Shown here piece after piece: positions 38,877 through 47,583 of a stretch of 64,000 nt of DNA. Source of the DNA: an uncultured delta proteobacterium (GTDB taxonomy: Bacteria; Desulfobacterota; Desulfobacteria; Desulfobacterales; SG8-13); NCBI GenBank assembly GCA_963848135.1, contig CAWKCK010000002.1, positions 62,001 to 126,000 on the forward strand, in the 5' to 3' direction. Made by a program: the position numbers and the translations under genes. Within the stretch, counting starts at the first letter, position 1, and the number at the start of each line of letters is the position of its first letter. The notes under the pieces were generated by a model. The model was not told the origin of the DNA and made no database searches. It saw nothing but the letters and a program-made list of their open reading frames with translations.

Positions 38877-39585
38877 CTACAACCGTGAACAATATACTGC
38901 ACTTGATCTGGTAAGGCGGCACTGCAAGGATTTGAGGGTGGTGAACCACCTTGGACGAATTTCCAGCGCTCTGGAAGATTACCTGCAGTTTCGACGCGCC
39001 GTCGATCGTTTTCTTCAAGACCATTTTTCTTCGACATGTCACGTGGCGTGCTACCGCAGCCGGTTGAGTGCCTGCTGCTCACGCGAAGGTATTATCACCT
39101 TTTTTGCCGATATCGTTGTTAATACGCTGAATTCTTCTCCGGAAGAAATAGATAGAATTTTGGAAGTGTTGCAACATCCTGACCACACTGACAAGTGTGT
39201 GTATCTCGGAATAAACGGATGCCTGTGGCGGCTCAAACCGATTGTTTGCACGATGTTCATATGCGACCGGGCCCAGGAGGCGGTTTTCGGGGGCAATCCG
39301 GACCTGCGTCAACAGTGGGAGGAATTGCAGATACTCAAAAAGCGGTTCACGTGGCCTGATCGCCCGGTGCTTTTTGATGACCTGGAAAGCTGTTTCATAG
39401 AAGCTGGACACAGTTCATCGTTGATGTATTTGCACAACAGCCCGGGTTTGTTGCGGCTCAAACAAGCTAACGGTATTATCTCAGCAGTTATCGGGAAAAA
39501 TTCGAACGTCAGAGAGGCAAAGAAAAAGCATCTCAACGATGATCGTGAGATGCTTTTGGAGGAGGGAAAACGGTCTAGATTTTAG
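38869..39585 (+). CDS. Cys-cluster hypothetical protein (YkgJ/Fe-S- or Zn-chelating-like)
   Basis: CHVAC...SACC...CVYLGINGC...[13 protein letters not shown] overlaps the gspD stop region. Confidence 0.6.
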   Translation: MNDYNREQYTALDLVRRHCKDLRVVNHLGRISSALEDYLQFRRAVDRFLQDHFSSTCHVACYRSRLSACCSREGIITFFADIVVNTLNSSPEEIDRILEVLQHPDHTDKCVYLGINGCLWRLKPIVCTMFICDRAQEAVFGGNPDLRQQWEELQILKKRFTWPDRPVLFDDLESCFIEAGHSSSLMYLHNSPGLLRLKQANGIISAVIGKNSNVREAKKKHLNDDREMLLEEGKRSRF

Positions 39586-39775
39586 CGACGTTCTTGGCTG
39601 CGGGACCTCTCGTGCCGTCTTCAATTTCAAAACTCACCCGTTCACCTTCAGCAAGTGTTCTGAATCCCTCCATGGTAATTGCCGTGTGGTGGACGAACAA
39701 ATCACCGCCTTCATCTTTTTGGATAAAGCCGTACCCCTTCCGATCATTAAACCATTTTACTGTTCCTTCAGGCAA
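39575..39775 (-). CDS. Cold-shock protein (CspA family)
   Basis: [24 protein letters not shown], 66 aa; TTG start 8 nt after AAGGAG. Confidence 0.95.
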   Translation of the reverse strand: MPEGTVKWFNDRKGYGFIQKDEGGDLFVHHTAITMEGFRTLAEGERVSFEIEDGTRGPAAKNVAKI

Positions 39776-39905
39776 AACATTGTCTCCTTTGTAGCAGGGG
39801 GTTAAAGTTAACCCAAACTACAGGTCGCATTAAAACCAGAGCATCGTTCCCAAAGGGCGATACCGGCCCGCAACCCTCAGTGGGCAGTCCAACTACTGGT
39901 CATTT

Positions 39906-39933
39906 ATCATATAATATTTGACGAAAAAATCAA
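39906..39933 (-). promoter_or_regulatory. Candidate sigma70 promoter of the csp gene, implying a ~125-nt 5' leader
   Basis: Minus strand TTGATT, 16 bp spacer, TATGAT. Confidence 0.4.
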
Positions 39934-40108
39934 GTGTAATTTCGGGTTTTTGGGCCTGGCAAGCGGCGGTTTGTGCTTGTATTTGAAGTCGATGAACACG
40001 GAATGACACGCATCTTCACCGGTGGTAAAGCGAGAAATAGAACATGGGTATGGGGCGTTCCTCTTGAGGTACCATAGGGAACGCTGATCGGCGGAGGTGA
40101 GCCGTGTA

Positions 40109-43100
40109 TCAGGCGGCGGCTGGTTTGAAGGAATTGTGGAGAGTTTGGTCCATTACCGCTTCACATCCACTGATACGTGCCACCACAATACCTTCACCAT
40201 CCAGAAAAGTAATCGTACCCTTCATTTTGAAGCTACTGACCGAATCGACCTCCAGAACGGCTGTTAGACCGTCTGCCGGGAACCGGGGTCGGTACTGACG
40301 GTAATTGGCACAATAACTCGGCAGTGAGGCCGTTCCTTTTTCTTCGTAGCACCAGACCGTGGCCATCTGAAAGGCGGCATCCAGAGCCAAAGGGTCTGCT
40401 ATCCAATTGTTCCTGAGCGGTTCCTTCAACCAATCGGATGGTGCCGGAGCGGGATCAAGCTGCGCAATCATCCCATAACTCGAAAGGTGCGTGATTTCGC
40501 GGATGCCGTGCAAATCCGGTCCGTGGAAGAGGATTTGCTCATAAACTTGCTGAATTGTTCGGGTGTAGGGCCGTTGGGTGAGGGTGTCCGGTATGCGGTA
40601 GTCGGGTGCGGGTTTTAGCGTATCGACAAGAATTGCCCTGGCCCTCGAATGGACTACCTCCACATTGTCCTGAACACCGTCGCGAAGCTCAACCGGGACT
40701 TCGAAGCCGCTGCCGGTTTTTCGGGCTTTGCCTGCCAGCACCCGAACGTGTTTTTTGATGCCTTCAATTATAATGCCTTTTAGCACCCGAATGTCATCCA
40801 GCCCCTGCAGCTGGAGTCCTGGATTTTCGTGCAGGGCACCATGACCGAACCATTCGGTCATAAGGGCGAGCGGAACAACCGGTTTGCCGCCGATCATATG
40901 GGAACGAAGGACAGGATGGGTGCCAAGGTCGATATCCCGCTGGAAGGTCAACGACAAATTATTGCCGGTTATCTTTTCAACATCTACCTCGATGCTTTCC
41001 GCATTGGGCACTTCTTTGACAACGCTGAAGCCCGTGCCGCCAACAATCACTTCTACCTGTGGCTGGCTGGTAACACACATTTCGGCCACCAAGTGCCGGG
41101 CGCCGAGGTCAGTGGGAATCAGAGCGACCCCTCTGCGGTGGAATTCTCGTTTCAGGCTTGCCGTTACCATTCCGCCGTCCCAAGGTCCCCAATTGATTGC
41201 AACCACCCGGCAATTGGGGTTGTGTGCCGAAAACTGTTGGGCAATTTTATTCAAGGCTTCGTTGGCCATGGCATAATCGGCTTGGCCCCTGTTACCCATT
41301 CGCCCGCTAACCGAAGAGAACAGAATCAGATGACGCAGGTCTTTGGTGCCAGAAGCGGCCAGGATGTTTTCAAGTCCCCGAACTTTGGTTTCAAAGACCC
41401 TCTGGAACTGATCCGGTGTTTTGTCTTCGATCAGACGGTCCTCCAGAATACCGGCACCATGAACTACGGCAGTCACCGGGCCTTGGGTCGATATGATGTC
41501 TGAGATCGCCTGCTGCACGGCATCGGTATCTCGGATGTCGACCGACACATAGCGCACTGAGGCGCCGGCATTTTTAATTGCAGCCAGGTTATTTGCGATT
41601 TCGCGGTTGGCCATATACTTCCGGTAGGCGGCTTCCAATTGGGTCGGCGAACCACCACCGCTCACGTCGTTATCCAGAATGGCCCGCTTGATAGCGGTTT
41701 CATCATCGAGATCTTTCAACCATAAGGGTTCCGGCACCGGTGCGGGTGAACGTCCGAGCAGGTTCAACCTCGAGCCTGAGGCATTGGCCAGCGCAATGGA
41801 TGACGCCGCGGTTACACCTCTAGCACCGCCGGTGACAATCACAACGTCGCCGGGCGCCAATATACTATCCATCGGTTTAAGTTCAGCTATCGGAGACGCT
41901 TCAAGTTCGAGTACATAACGTCGATTCGTATCCAGCCCAAGTTCAACCGGGTCTGACGGATCGCGGCCCAACAGCTCTTCCACCAATTTCTCCGCAATTG
42001 CTCCATGATCCTGCCACCCTGGAGCGACATCGAAAGCGCGACAATGGACGCTGTTCCATTCGATGGCGGCTGTCTTTACCAGTCCGGACAGGGCACCCTG
42101 CAAGGGATGTGATACCCCTTTACCATGGAATCCGAAGGCACCGTCAAGCCGGGAGACAGTGGCAAATAGGGCACCCCCCTGGGCGGCCGATTTCTTCAAT
42201 TCGGGGGCCAGGCGCGTCGTCAGACGAAATATTTCCTTGAGCTCCTCTACCGGTAACGGATTGTCTGGGGAGAGAACGACAATCAAACCGCCGGCCGGTG
42301 GAAGATTCTCCTTGTATTTTAAAATGTTGGGTGAGATTAGAACCGTATTGATTTCAAGTTGCCCCAGCGTATCGGCAATGGCGGTCGAAAGGCCGTGGCT
42401 GTCTTCAGTAATGTAAACTTTGCGACCGGAAGGGATCAAAACCGGTGTGCGTTGGCCCGGCCGTTTATCAACAACGGTGACCACCTGGCGGCTTAAATTC
42501 GGAGAGGGTTGGGGTTTGGGGACAGATCGCGGTGGATCCGGCTGGTTTTCTATTGCCGTCGACTTGGCCGGTGTCTGATTGTCTATAGCCGGCGTTTCAA
42601 CCGGGGTCTTATTCGTGAGATGATTCACGATTTGCTGCAACGTTTTTAGTTTACCCAATTGGTCCGGAGCGACCGTGGGCAACCCCGGTATTTTTTCCTC
42701 CATGGCAGAGAGAATCTCTACCCGTTTAATTGAATCGATACCCAGATCGGCTTCGATGTCCATTTCTGCGCCGATCATGTCATTCGGATAGCCCGTCAAT
42801 TCGCTGACCACTTCCAATAAAACGGTCAGCAATTCATTTTGCGGGAGAAAATTCGGTATGACAGAATCCGCTTTGAGATCACTATCGCTGGTTGGTGCCG
42901 GCTCGGAATCCAATGGCGTATCCACAGGTTCCGACACGTTCAGCAGGTCTGCCACCTGCCGCAGGGTTTTCAGTTTTCCGATAACATCCGGAGCAACGGC
43001 AGGCATGCCCGGGACTCTTTCCTCGAGAGTAGAAAGTATCTCGACCCGTTTAATGGAGTCGATACCCAGATCCGATTCTATGTCCATGTCCGGATCAATC

Positions 43101-46100
43101 ATGTCCACAGGATAGCCGGTAAGCTCGCTAACGACGGCCAATAGAACTTGCTGTAAATTTTCGACGGTATTCGAATCGGAACGGTTCTCCGGTTCCGGTG
43201 ACGGTTTGCTGGCCGCCGGGGGATGGGCGGAAACATGGGAGTCCTCCACCTGTCCTTGGGGTATCGTGGTCTTTGATGAAGAAACACTCGCCGTCGGTCG
43301 AGGATCTATGGCTGCAACCCCCGGGGTGACTACAGGTTCGGTTCGATAGCTGATGGCGTTGGTTTCACGAATCGTCGTGTGCGCTGACTGAGCACCAATG
43401 GCTGATACAGCCGGCCTTTCACCCATCGACAACTCTGTCAACCGGTGGCTATGCTCCAGCATGTGCTGAAGCGTACGTCCGGCCTCTTTTTGCGTGTCTA
43501 GGAACTTCTGGTGCGTTTCAGCAGTTTGGCGCTGTAGAGTTTGCATCGAGGCCAGACTCTGCTGGACCGTCAACAGGGCTTGTTTGATCAGGTCGATGTC
43601 AGGGGTCATATTCTTCATAAGATCAGGGTTTCCATCAGGATGCTCCGGTTGTAAGGGTGGCCGTTCAGGTCGCGTCGACGGACCACCGCCGGGCATATCG
43701 TTTCGAATGGTTCTGTTAGGGTGGTTATGCTCATGGGCCCTTTTTACCGGTATATTCGATGGCCGGGGGCTTAAATCGGATGGGTTGCGGTAGTTGGCGC
43801 CTGTTAAAGGGATCTGCATCTGCGGTATACGGTGCTGACGGTGGTGGGGTTCCCATCGACGCCAATCAACGCGGTGTCCAGCGGCAGCCAGTTGGCAGAT
43901 TGTGTGGGCTATATCACTGAGGCTGGAACGTTTTCCTGCCGTTGCATCCATGGCCAGGGTCTGAAAATTTTCGCCGGCCAGGATTTCGTCGACCAGTCCG
44001 GATAAGACATTTCTCGGACCGACTTCGATAAACGTTCGTATCCCGGAATCAAACAGGTTTTTAATTTCCTGCACAAAATTGACGGTTTTCAGGAGATGGT
44101 CGCCCAAGAGTGCGGTTGCCGCGGCGCGACCTCCGGGGTAGGGCGCACCGGTGGAATTTGAGTATACCGGTATGGTCCCAGGGGACATGGTGATCGTCTC
44201 AAGCGCCTTTTTAAAGGGTGCCTGGGCCACTTTCACCAATTGACTATGGAAGGCTGCCGCTACCGGAAGCATAACGCTGCTGTATCCCTTCTGGCGGCAA
44301 ATCGTTTCGATGGTGCTAAGAGCGTCATAAGTGCCGGCCAACACGCCCTGATTCGGTGTATTGCAATTGGCCAGGACAACATCACTCCCGTGGGAATCGA
44401 TCAACTCCCTGAGATGTTCAAGGGGCGCCTTGACAGCCAACATTCCGCTTCGAGGGGCGGAGTCATTTGCAGCGGCCATTAAACGCCCGCGTGTGGTCGC
44501 AAGAGACAGAAAAGTCGGTTCGTCTATCCGGCCCGCAGCGTGTAGGGCCATTAGTTCACCGAAACTGTGACCGGCCGTGGCATGCGGCACGACACCAAAG
44601 GCGATCAGGACCTTGAACAGGGCCAAACTCATCGCACCGATGGCTGGTTGGGTGATATCGGTTCGACGCAAAACATCGGTTTGATGCCGCAGTTCTTCGG
44701 GTGTCGTTGCCGGGTGCGGGTAAATGGCGTCATACAGGCGTTCAGTGTCGTCAAACTGGCGGCATGCGGCTTCCAAGGCCCCAAAAGCCTCCGGAAAACG
44801 ACACATGAGATCACGACCCATCCCGGGGTACTGGCTGCCTTGACCAGGGAAAAGAAATGCCAGCTGACCAATTGGCGGGCCCTCCCCGGTGTATATTCCC
44901 TGACGAGGCGTCGCAGACGTTTCGATACCCTCTTGCAGCTGCCGCAGCTCTGCAGCAAGAATATCGGCCTCCACTGGCGGAGAGTGTAAAGAGTGGTCGG
45001 CAGAGCGGTCATGGACCCACATGAGGCGGTGGTGATCTTTTTCGTTAAAAGACCGGCGCGACCGGACGGCTGCGACGGAAAGCGCCGCTCCTTTTTCAAT
45101 ATCTGCCCGCACGGCCTCGATCTTCCGGATCAGTTCGGTCTTTGAGGAAGCAGACAAGGCCAGAATCTCGATCGATCCATCCCAGGTCATTTCGGTTTTT
45201 TCCGGACGGTGCTCTTCCAAAACGATATGAAAGTTGCTGCCGCCGAAACCGAATGCGCTGACGCCACAGCGACGAGGGTGCGCGGGATCGGCTATCCATG
45301 GACTGCTGTGTGTGTTGATGTAAAACGGTGATTTCGCAATTTCGAGTTTCGGGTCTGGCTGCGTTGCCTTGAGGGTCGGCGGCAGCACTTTGTGATGCAG
45401 GGCCAGGACGCCTTTGATGAGTCCGGCCGCGCCGGCAGCCGCTTTAGTATGGCCGATCATTGATTTGACGGAACCGATGGCACATTTCCGATTCCTGTCC
45501 GTGCCGTTTTCAAAAACCTGACGCAGGGCATTGAATTCGACGGCGTCACCGACTTTGGTACCCGTCCCGTGAGTTTCAATCAGGTCCACCGTTCCAGGGT
45601 CAACACCGGCTTGATCATAAGCCTTTCGAAGCGCCACGACCTGACCGTCTGCACGGGGGGCGTAAATACTCTGGGACTTGCCGTCGCTGGAACTTCCGAT
45701 ACCACGGATGACGGCATATATTCGATCGCCGTCTTTCTCGGCGTCCGCCAGGCGCTTCAACACCACCAGGCCGATACCTTCACCAAGAACGGTGCCGTCC
45801 GCATCGATTGAAAAAGGACGGGCATCTCCCGTGGGGGATAGAATACGGGTTTTGGCAAAGCACATATGCATGAAGATGTCGTTGAGGGTATCGACCCCTC
45901 CGGTGACAACCATATCGCTGCGACCAGAGGTGATTTCTAAAAGCGCCAGATGAACCGCACTGAGAGAGCTGGCACAGGCGGCGTCAACCACACAGTTTGT
46001 GCCTCTGAGATCGAGGCGATTGCAAATGCGGCCGGCCACCACATTGCCTAACAGGCCGGGAAAGGAACCTTCCTGCCACGCGACGTAGGAGTCCGAAATT

Positions 46101-46600
46101 CGTTGAATGACATTTTCAGTGGTTTCTGATTCAACACCGGCGGCATCGAGGGCCTTTTTCCATCTGGGGAATCCAAGCCTGGCGCCGAGCGGGATGACCA
46201 GTTCCTGAGTTCCGGTAACACCGAGAATGACGCTCGTGCGGTCACGGTCGAATTTTTTATCTTCACCATAGCCGGCGTCCATCAAAGCCGCTTTGGCGAC
46301 CAGAAGACTCAGGAGCTGGGATGAGTCGGTCGCCTCGAGAGCGTTCGGGGGGATACCGAATTCGGTCGGATCGAAGGAGACCGCAGGTAAAAAACCGCCG
46401 TTTTTGCAGTACGTGTGGTCCGGGGTTGTTGGGTCAATGTCAAAATATTCATCCGCCGACCAATGGGTCGGCGGGACTTCACTGATGGCATTTTCAGCGT
46501 TGAATATGAGACGCCAGTATTCTTTCAGCCCCGGAGATTTTGGAAATATACAGCCGATGCCGATGACGGCCACTGGCACTGTGGTCGGTTGGTTTGACAT
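40109..46600 (-). CDS. pfaA: PUFA-synthase PfaA-type: KS-MAT-ACP-ACP-KR-DH
   Basis: KS DAACASS/HGTGT/KSMIGHTK; MAT FPGQGSQ/GHSFG/AAFHS; two ACPs with DLGIDSIKRVEIL; KR VTGGARGVT/DYAMANE; DH HMIGGKPVVP. Start at MSNQ (track begins 46672). Confidence 0.92.
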   Translation of the reverse strand: MSNQPTTVPVAVIGIGCIFPKSPGLKEYWRLIFNAENAISEVPPTHWSADEYFDIDPTTPDHTYCKNGGFLPAVSFDPTEFGIPPNALEATDSSQLLSLLVAKAALMDAGYGEDKKFDRDRTSVILGVTGTQELVIPLGARLGFPRWKKALDAAGVESETTENVIQRISDSYVAWQEGSFPGLLGNVVAGRICNRLDLRGTNCVVDAACASSLSAVHLALLEITSGRSDMVVTGGVDTLNDIFMHMCFAKTRILSPTGDARPFSIDADGTVLGEGIGLVVLKRLADAEKDGDRIYAVIRGIGSSSDGKSQSIYAPRADGQVVALRKAYDQAGVDPGTVDLIETHGTGTKVGDAVEFNALRQVFENGTDRNRKCAIGSVKSMIGHTKAAAGAAGLIKGVLALHHKVLPPTLKATQPDPKLEIAKSPFYINTHSSPWIADPAHPRRCGVSAFGFGGSNFHIVLEEHRPEKTEMTWDGSIEILALSASSKTELIRKIEAVRADIEKGAALSVAAVRSRRSFNEKDHHRLMWVHDRSADHSLHSPPVEADILAAELRQLQEGIETSATPRQGIYTGEGPPIGQLAFLFPGQGSQYPGMGRDLMCRFPEAFGALEAACRQFDDTERLYDAIYPHPATTPEELRHQTDVLRRTDITQPAIGAMSLALFKVLIAFGVVPHATAGHSFGELMALHAAGRIDEPTFLSLATTRGRLMAAANDSAPRSGMLAVKAPLEHLRELIDSHGSDVVLANCNTPNQGVLAGTYDALSTIETICRQKGYSSVMLPVAAAFHSQLVKVAQAPFKKALETITMSPGTIPVYSNSTGAPYPGGRAAATALLGDHLLKTVNFVQEIKNLFDSGIRTFIEVGPRNVLSGLVDEILAGENFQTLAMDATAGKRSSLSDIAHTICQLAAAGHRVDWRRWEPHHRQHRIPQMQIPLTGANYRNPSDLSPRPSNIPVKRAHEHNHPNRTIRNDMPGGGPSTRPERPPLQPEHPDGNPDLMKNMTPDIDLIKQALLTVQQSLASMQTLQRQTAETHQKFLDTQKEAGRTLQHMLEHSHRLTELSMGERPAVSAIGAQSAHTTIRETNAISYRTEPVVTPGVAAIDPRPTASVSSSKTTIPQGQVEDSHVSAHPPAASKPSPEPENRSDSNTVENLQQVLLAVVSELTGYPVDMIDPDMDIESDLGIDSIKRVEILSTLEERVPGMPAVAPDVIGKLKTLRQVADLLNVSEPVDTPLDSEPAPTSDSDLKADSVIPNFLPQNELLTVLLEVVSELTGYPNDMIGAEMDIEADLGIDSIKRVEILSAMEEKIPGLPTVAPDQLGKLKTLQQIVNHLTNKTPVETPAIDNQTPAKSTAIENQPDPPRSVPKPQPSPNLSRQVVTVVDKRPGQRTPVLIPSGRKVYITEDSHGLSTAIADTLGQLEINTVLISPNILKYKENLPPAGGLIVVLSPDNPLPVEELKEIFRLTTRLAPELKKSAAQGGALFATVSRLDGAFGFHGKGVSHPLQGALSGLVKTAAIEWNSVHCRAFDVAPGWQDHGAIAEKLVEELLGRDPSDPVELGLDTNRRYVLELEASPIAELKPMDSILAPGDVVIVTGGARGVTAASSIALANASGSRLNLLGRSPAPVPEPLWLKDLDDETAIKRAILDNDVSGGGSPTQLEAAYRKYMANREIANNLAAIKNAGASVRYVSVDIRDTDAVQQAISDIISTQGPVTAVVHGAGILEDRLIEDKTPDQFQRVFETKVRGLENILAASGTKDLRHLILFSSVSGRMGNRGQADYAMANEALNKIAQQFSAHNPNCRVVAINWGPWDGGMVTASLKREFHRRGVALIPTDLGARHLVAEMCVTSQPQVEVIVGGTGFSVVKEVPNAESIEVDVEKITGNNLSLTFQRDIDLGTHPVLRSHMIGGKPVVPLALMTEWFGHGALHENPGLQLQGLDDIRVLKGIIIEGIKKHVRVLAGKARKTGSGFEVPVELRDGVQDNVEVVHSRARAILVDTLKPAPDYRIPDTLTQRPYTRTIQQVYEQILFHGPDLHGIREITHLSSYGMIAQLDPAPAPSDWLKEPLRNNWIADPLALDAAFQMATVWCYEEKGTASLPSYCANYRQYRPRFPADGLTAVLEVDSVSSFKMKGTITFLDGEGIVVARISGCEAVMDQTLHNSFKPAAA

Positions 46601-46894
46601 AATATCTTTTCCCACGAATTCAGACCCTTGGGTGGGTCTTTCTAAATCCTTTAGACCATTTGGTTCGGCCAAGGTGCCCCTTGAAAGTGGAAGCGTCCGT
46701 GTTGCCGGTCAGGGATCGCAAAATGATCGGATTCTCACATGATCCAAACCAATCTGTCGGAAATCGGAATTGACAGGCATGAACAACACAAACGTAGAGG
46801 GTGCGCTGGTCTGGCCGATGGCATCACCGGGCACACGTATCGGCTGGATATGGAGACAATATCTATACTGCATATATGATAGAATTGCAAGGGG

Positions 46895-46934
46895 TTGACG
46901 CGACATTTAATGCTTGATAGGTTGATATATCAAC
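46895..46934 (+). promoter_or_regulatory. Promoter with overlapping perfect 14-bp palindrome (candidate operator)
   Basis: TTGACG (46895-46900), 17 bp, TAGGTT (46918-46923); GTTGATATATCAAC at 46921-46934. Confidence 0.5.
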
Positions 46935-46951
46935 TATATAATAAAAAACTT

Positions 46952-47560
46952 ATGCTTCGATTTTTCACTAGCCGCGAATTATCCCATAACTTGCAAATAC
47001 CATTGGCAAAATGGAAACGTTGGTCCCGTGAATTTTTACCACCAGACCCTCTCGGTGGTCTGCAGTCCGGCGTTGCACGACGCTACAGCGTGGATCAGGC
47101 CTTGACCGTATATATCGGTGGCCACCTGGTTGCCGAACAAAAAGCAAGTATTCCCGAAGCCAGCCAGATAATGGCTGAACTGCATGCATGTTTCAAGGAT
47201 ATCGGTGTATTTGCCAATACACGAATCCACCCGCGGTACCGACTGGGGGAATACGGTGCCATTTCGTCCTTCTGCATCTTTATATGCCGCGATTTGAATG
47301 TTCCTATCGGCACATCGCCGTTTAATTTCACCGTCAGAGGATTGGTGTCCCGTGAGGTATTTGACGACGGAACGCACAAAGTCCACCGCGAAGATTATCT
47401 CGAAGTGTGTGTTCCCATGTCAACCCAAACACCGCTGGACATGTACAACAAAAACATAAAATTATTGCCCATTTCCGTCCTTGTAGATCAATTTACCAGA
47501 GCCATGAATCTTGACCGCGGGCACTTTCCAATTCTGGATCGCTACAATCCTGCATCCTGA
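46952..47560 (+). CDS. Hypothetical protein with N-terminal MerR-like winged HTH
   Basis: FFTSRELSHNLQIPLAKWKRWSREFLPP...GVARRYSVDQAL resembles the MerR/Xis HTH-wing pattern. Confidence 0.6.
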   Translation: MLRFFTSRELSHNLQIPLAKWKRWSREFLPPDPLGGLQSGVARRYSVDQALTVYIGGHLVAEQKASIPEASQIMAELHACFKDIGVFANTRIHPRYRLGEYGAISSFCIFICRDLNVPIGTSPFNFTVRGLVSREVFDDGTHKVHREDYLEVCVPMSTQTPLDMYNKNIKLLPISVLVDQFTRAMNLDRGHFPILDRYNPAS

Positions 47561-47583
47561 AGCGCAACCCCAAACTTGATTCA

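Noticed and set aside
39757..39780. Out-of-frame ATG mini-ORF (MFCLKEQ) over the csp start
   Set aside because: Only 3 nt from the SD; the TTG start has normal spacing.
42640..43145. Nucleotide-level repeat inside pfaA
   Set aside because: Explained by the two tandem ACP domains.
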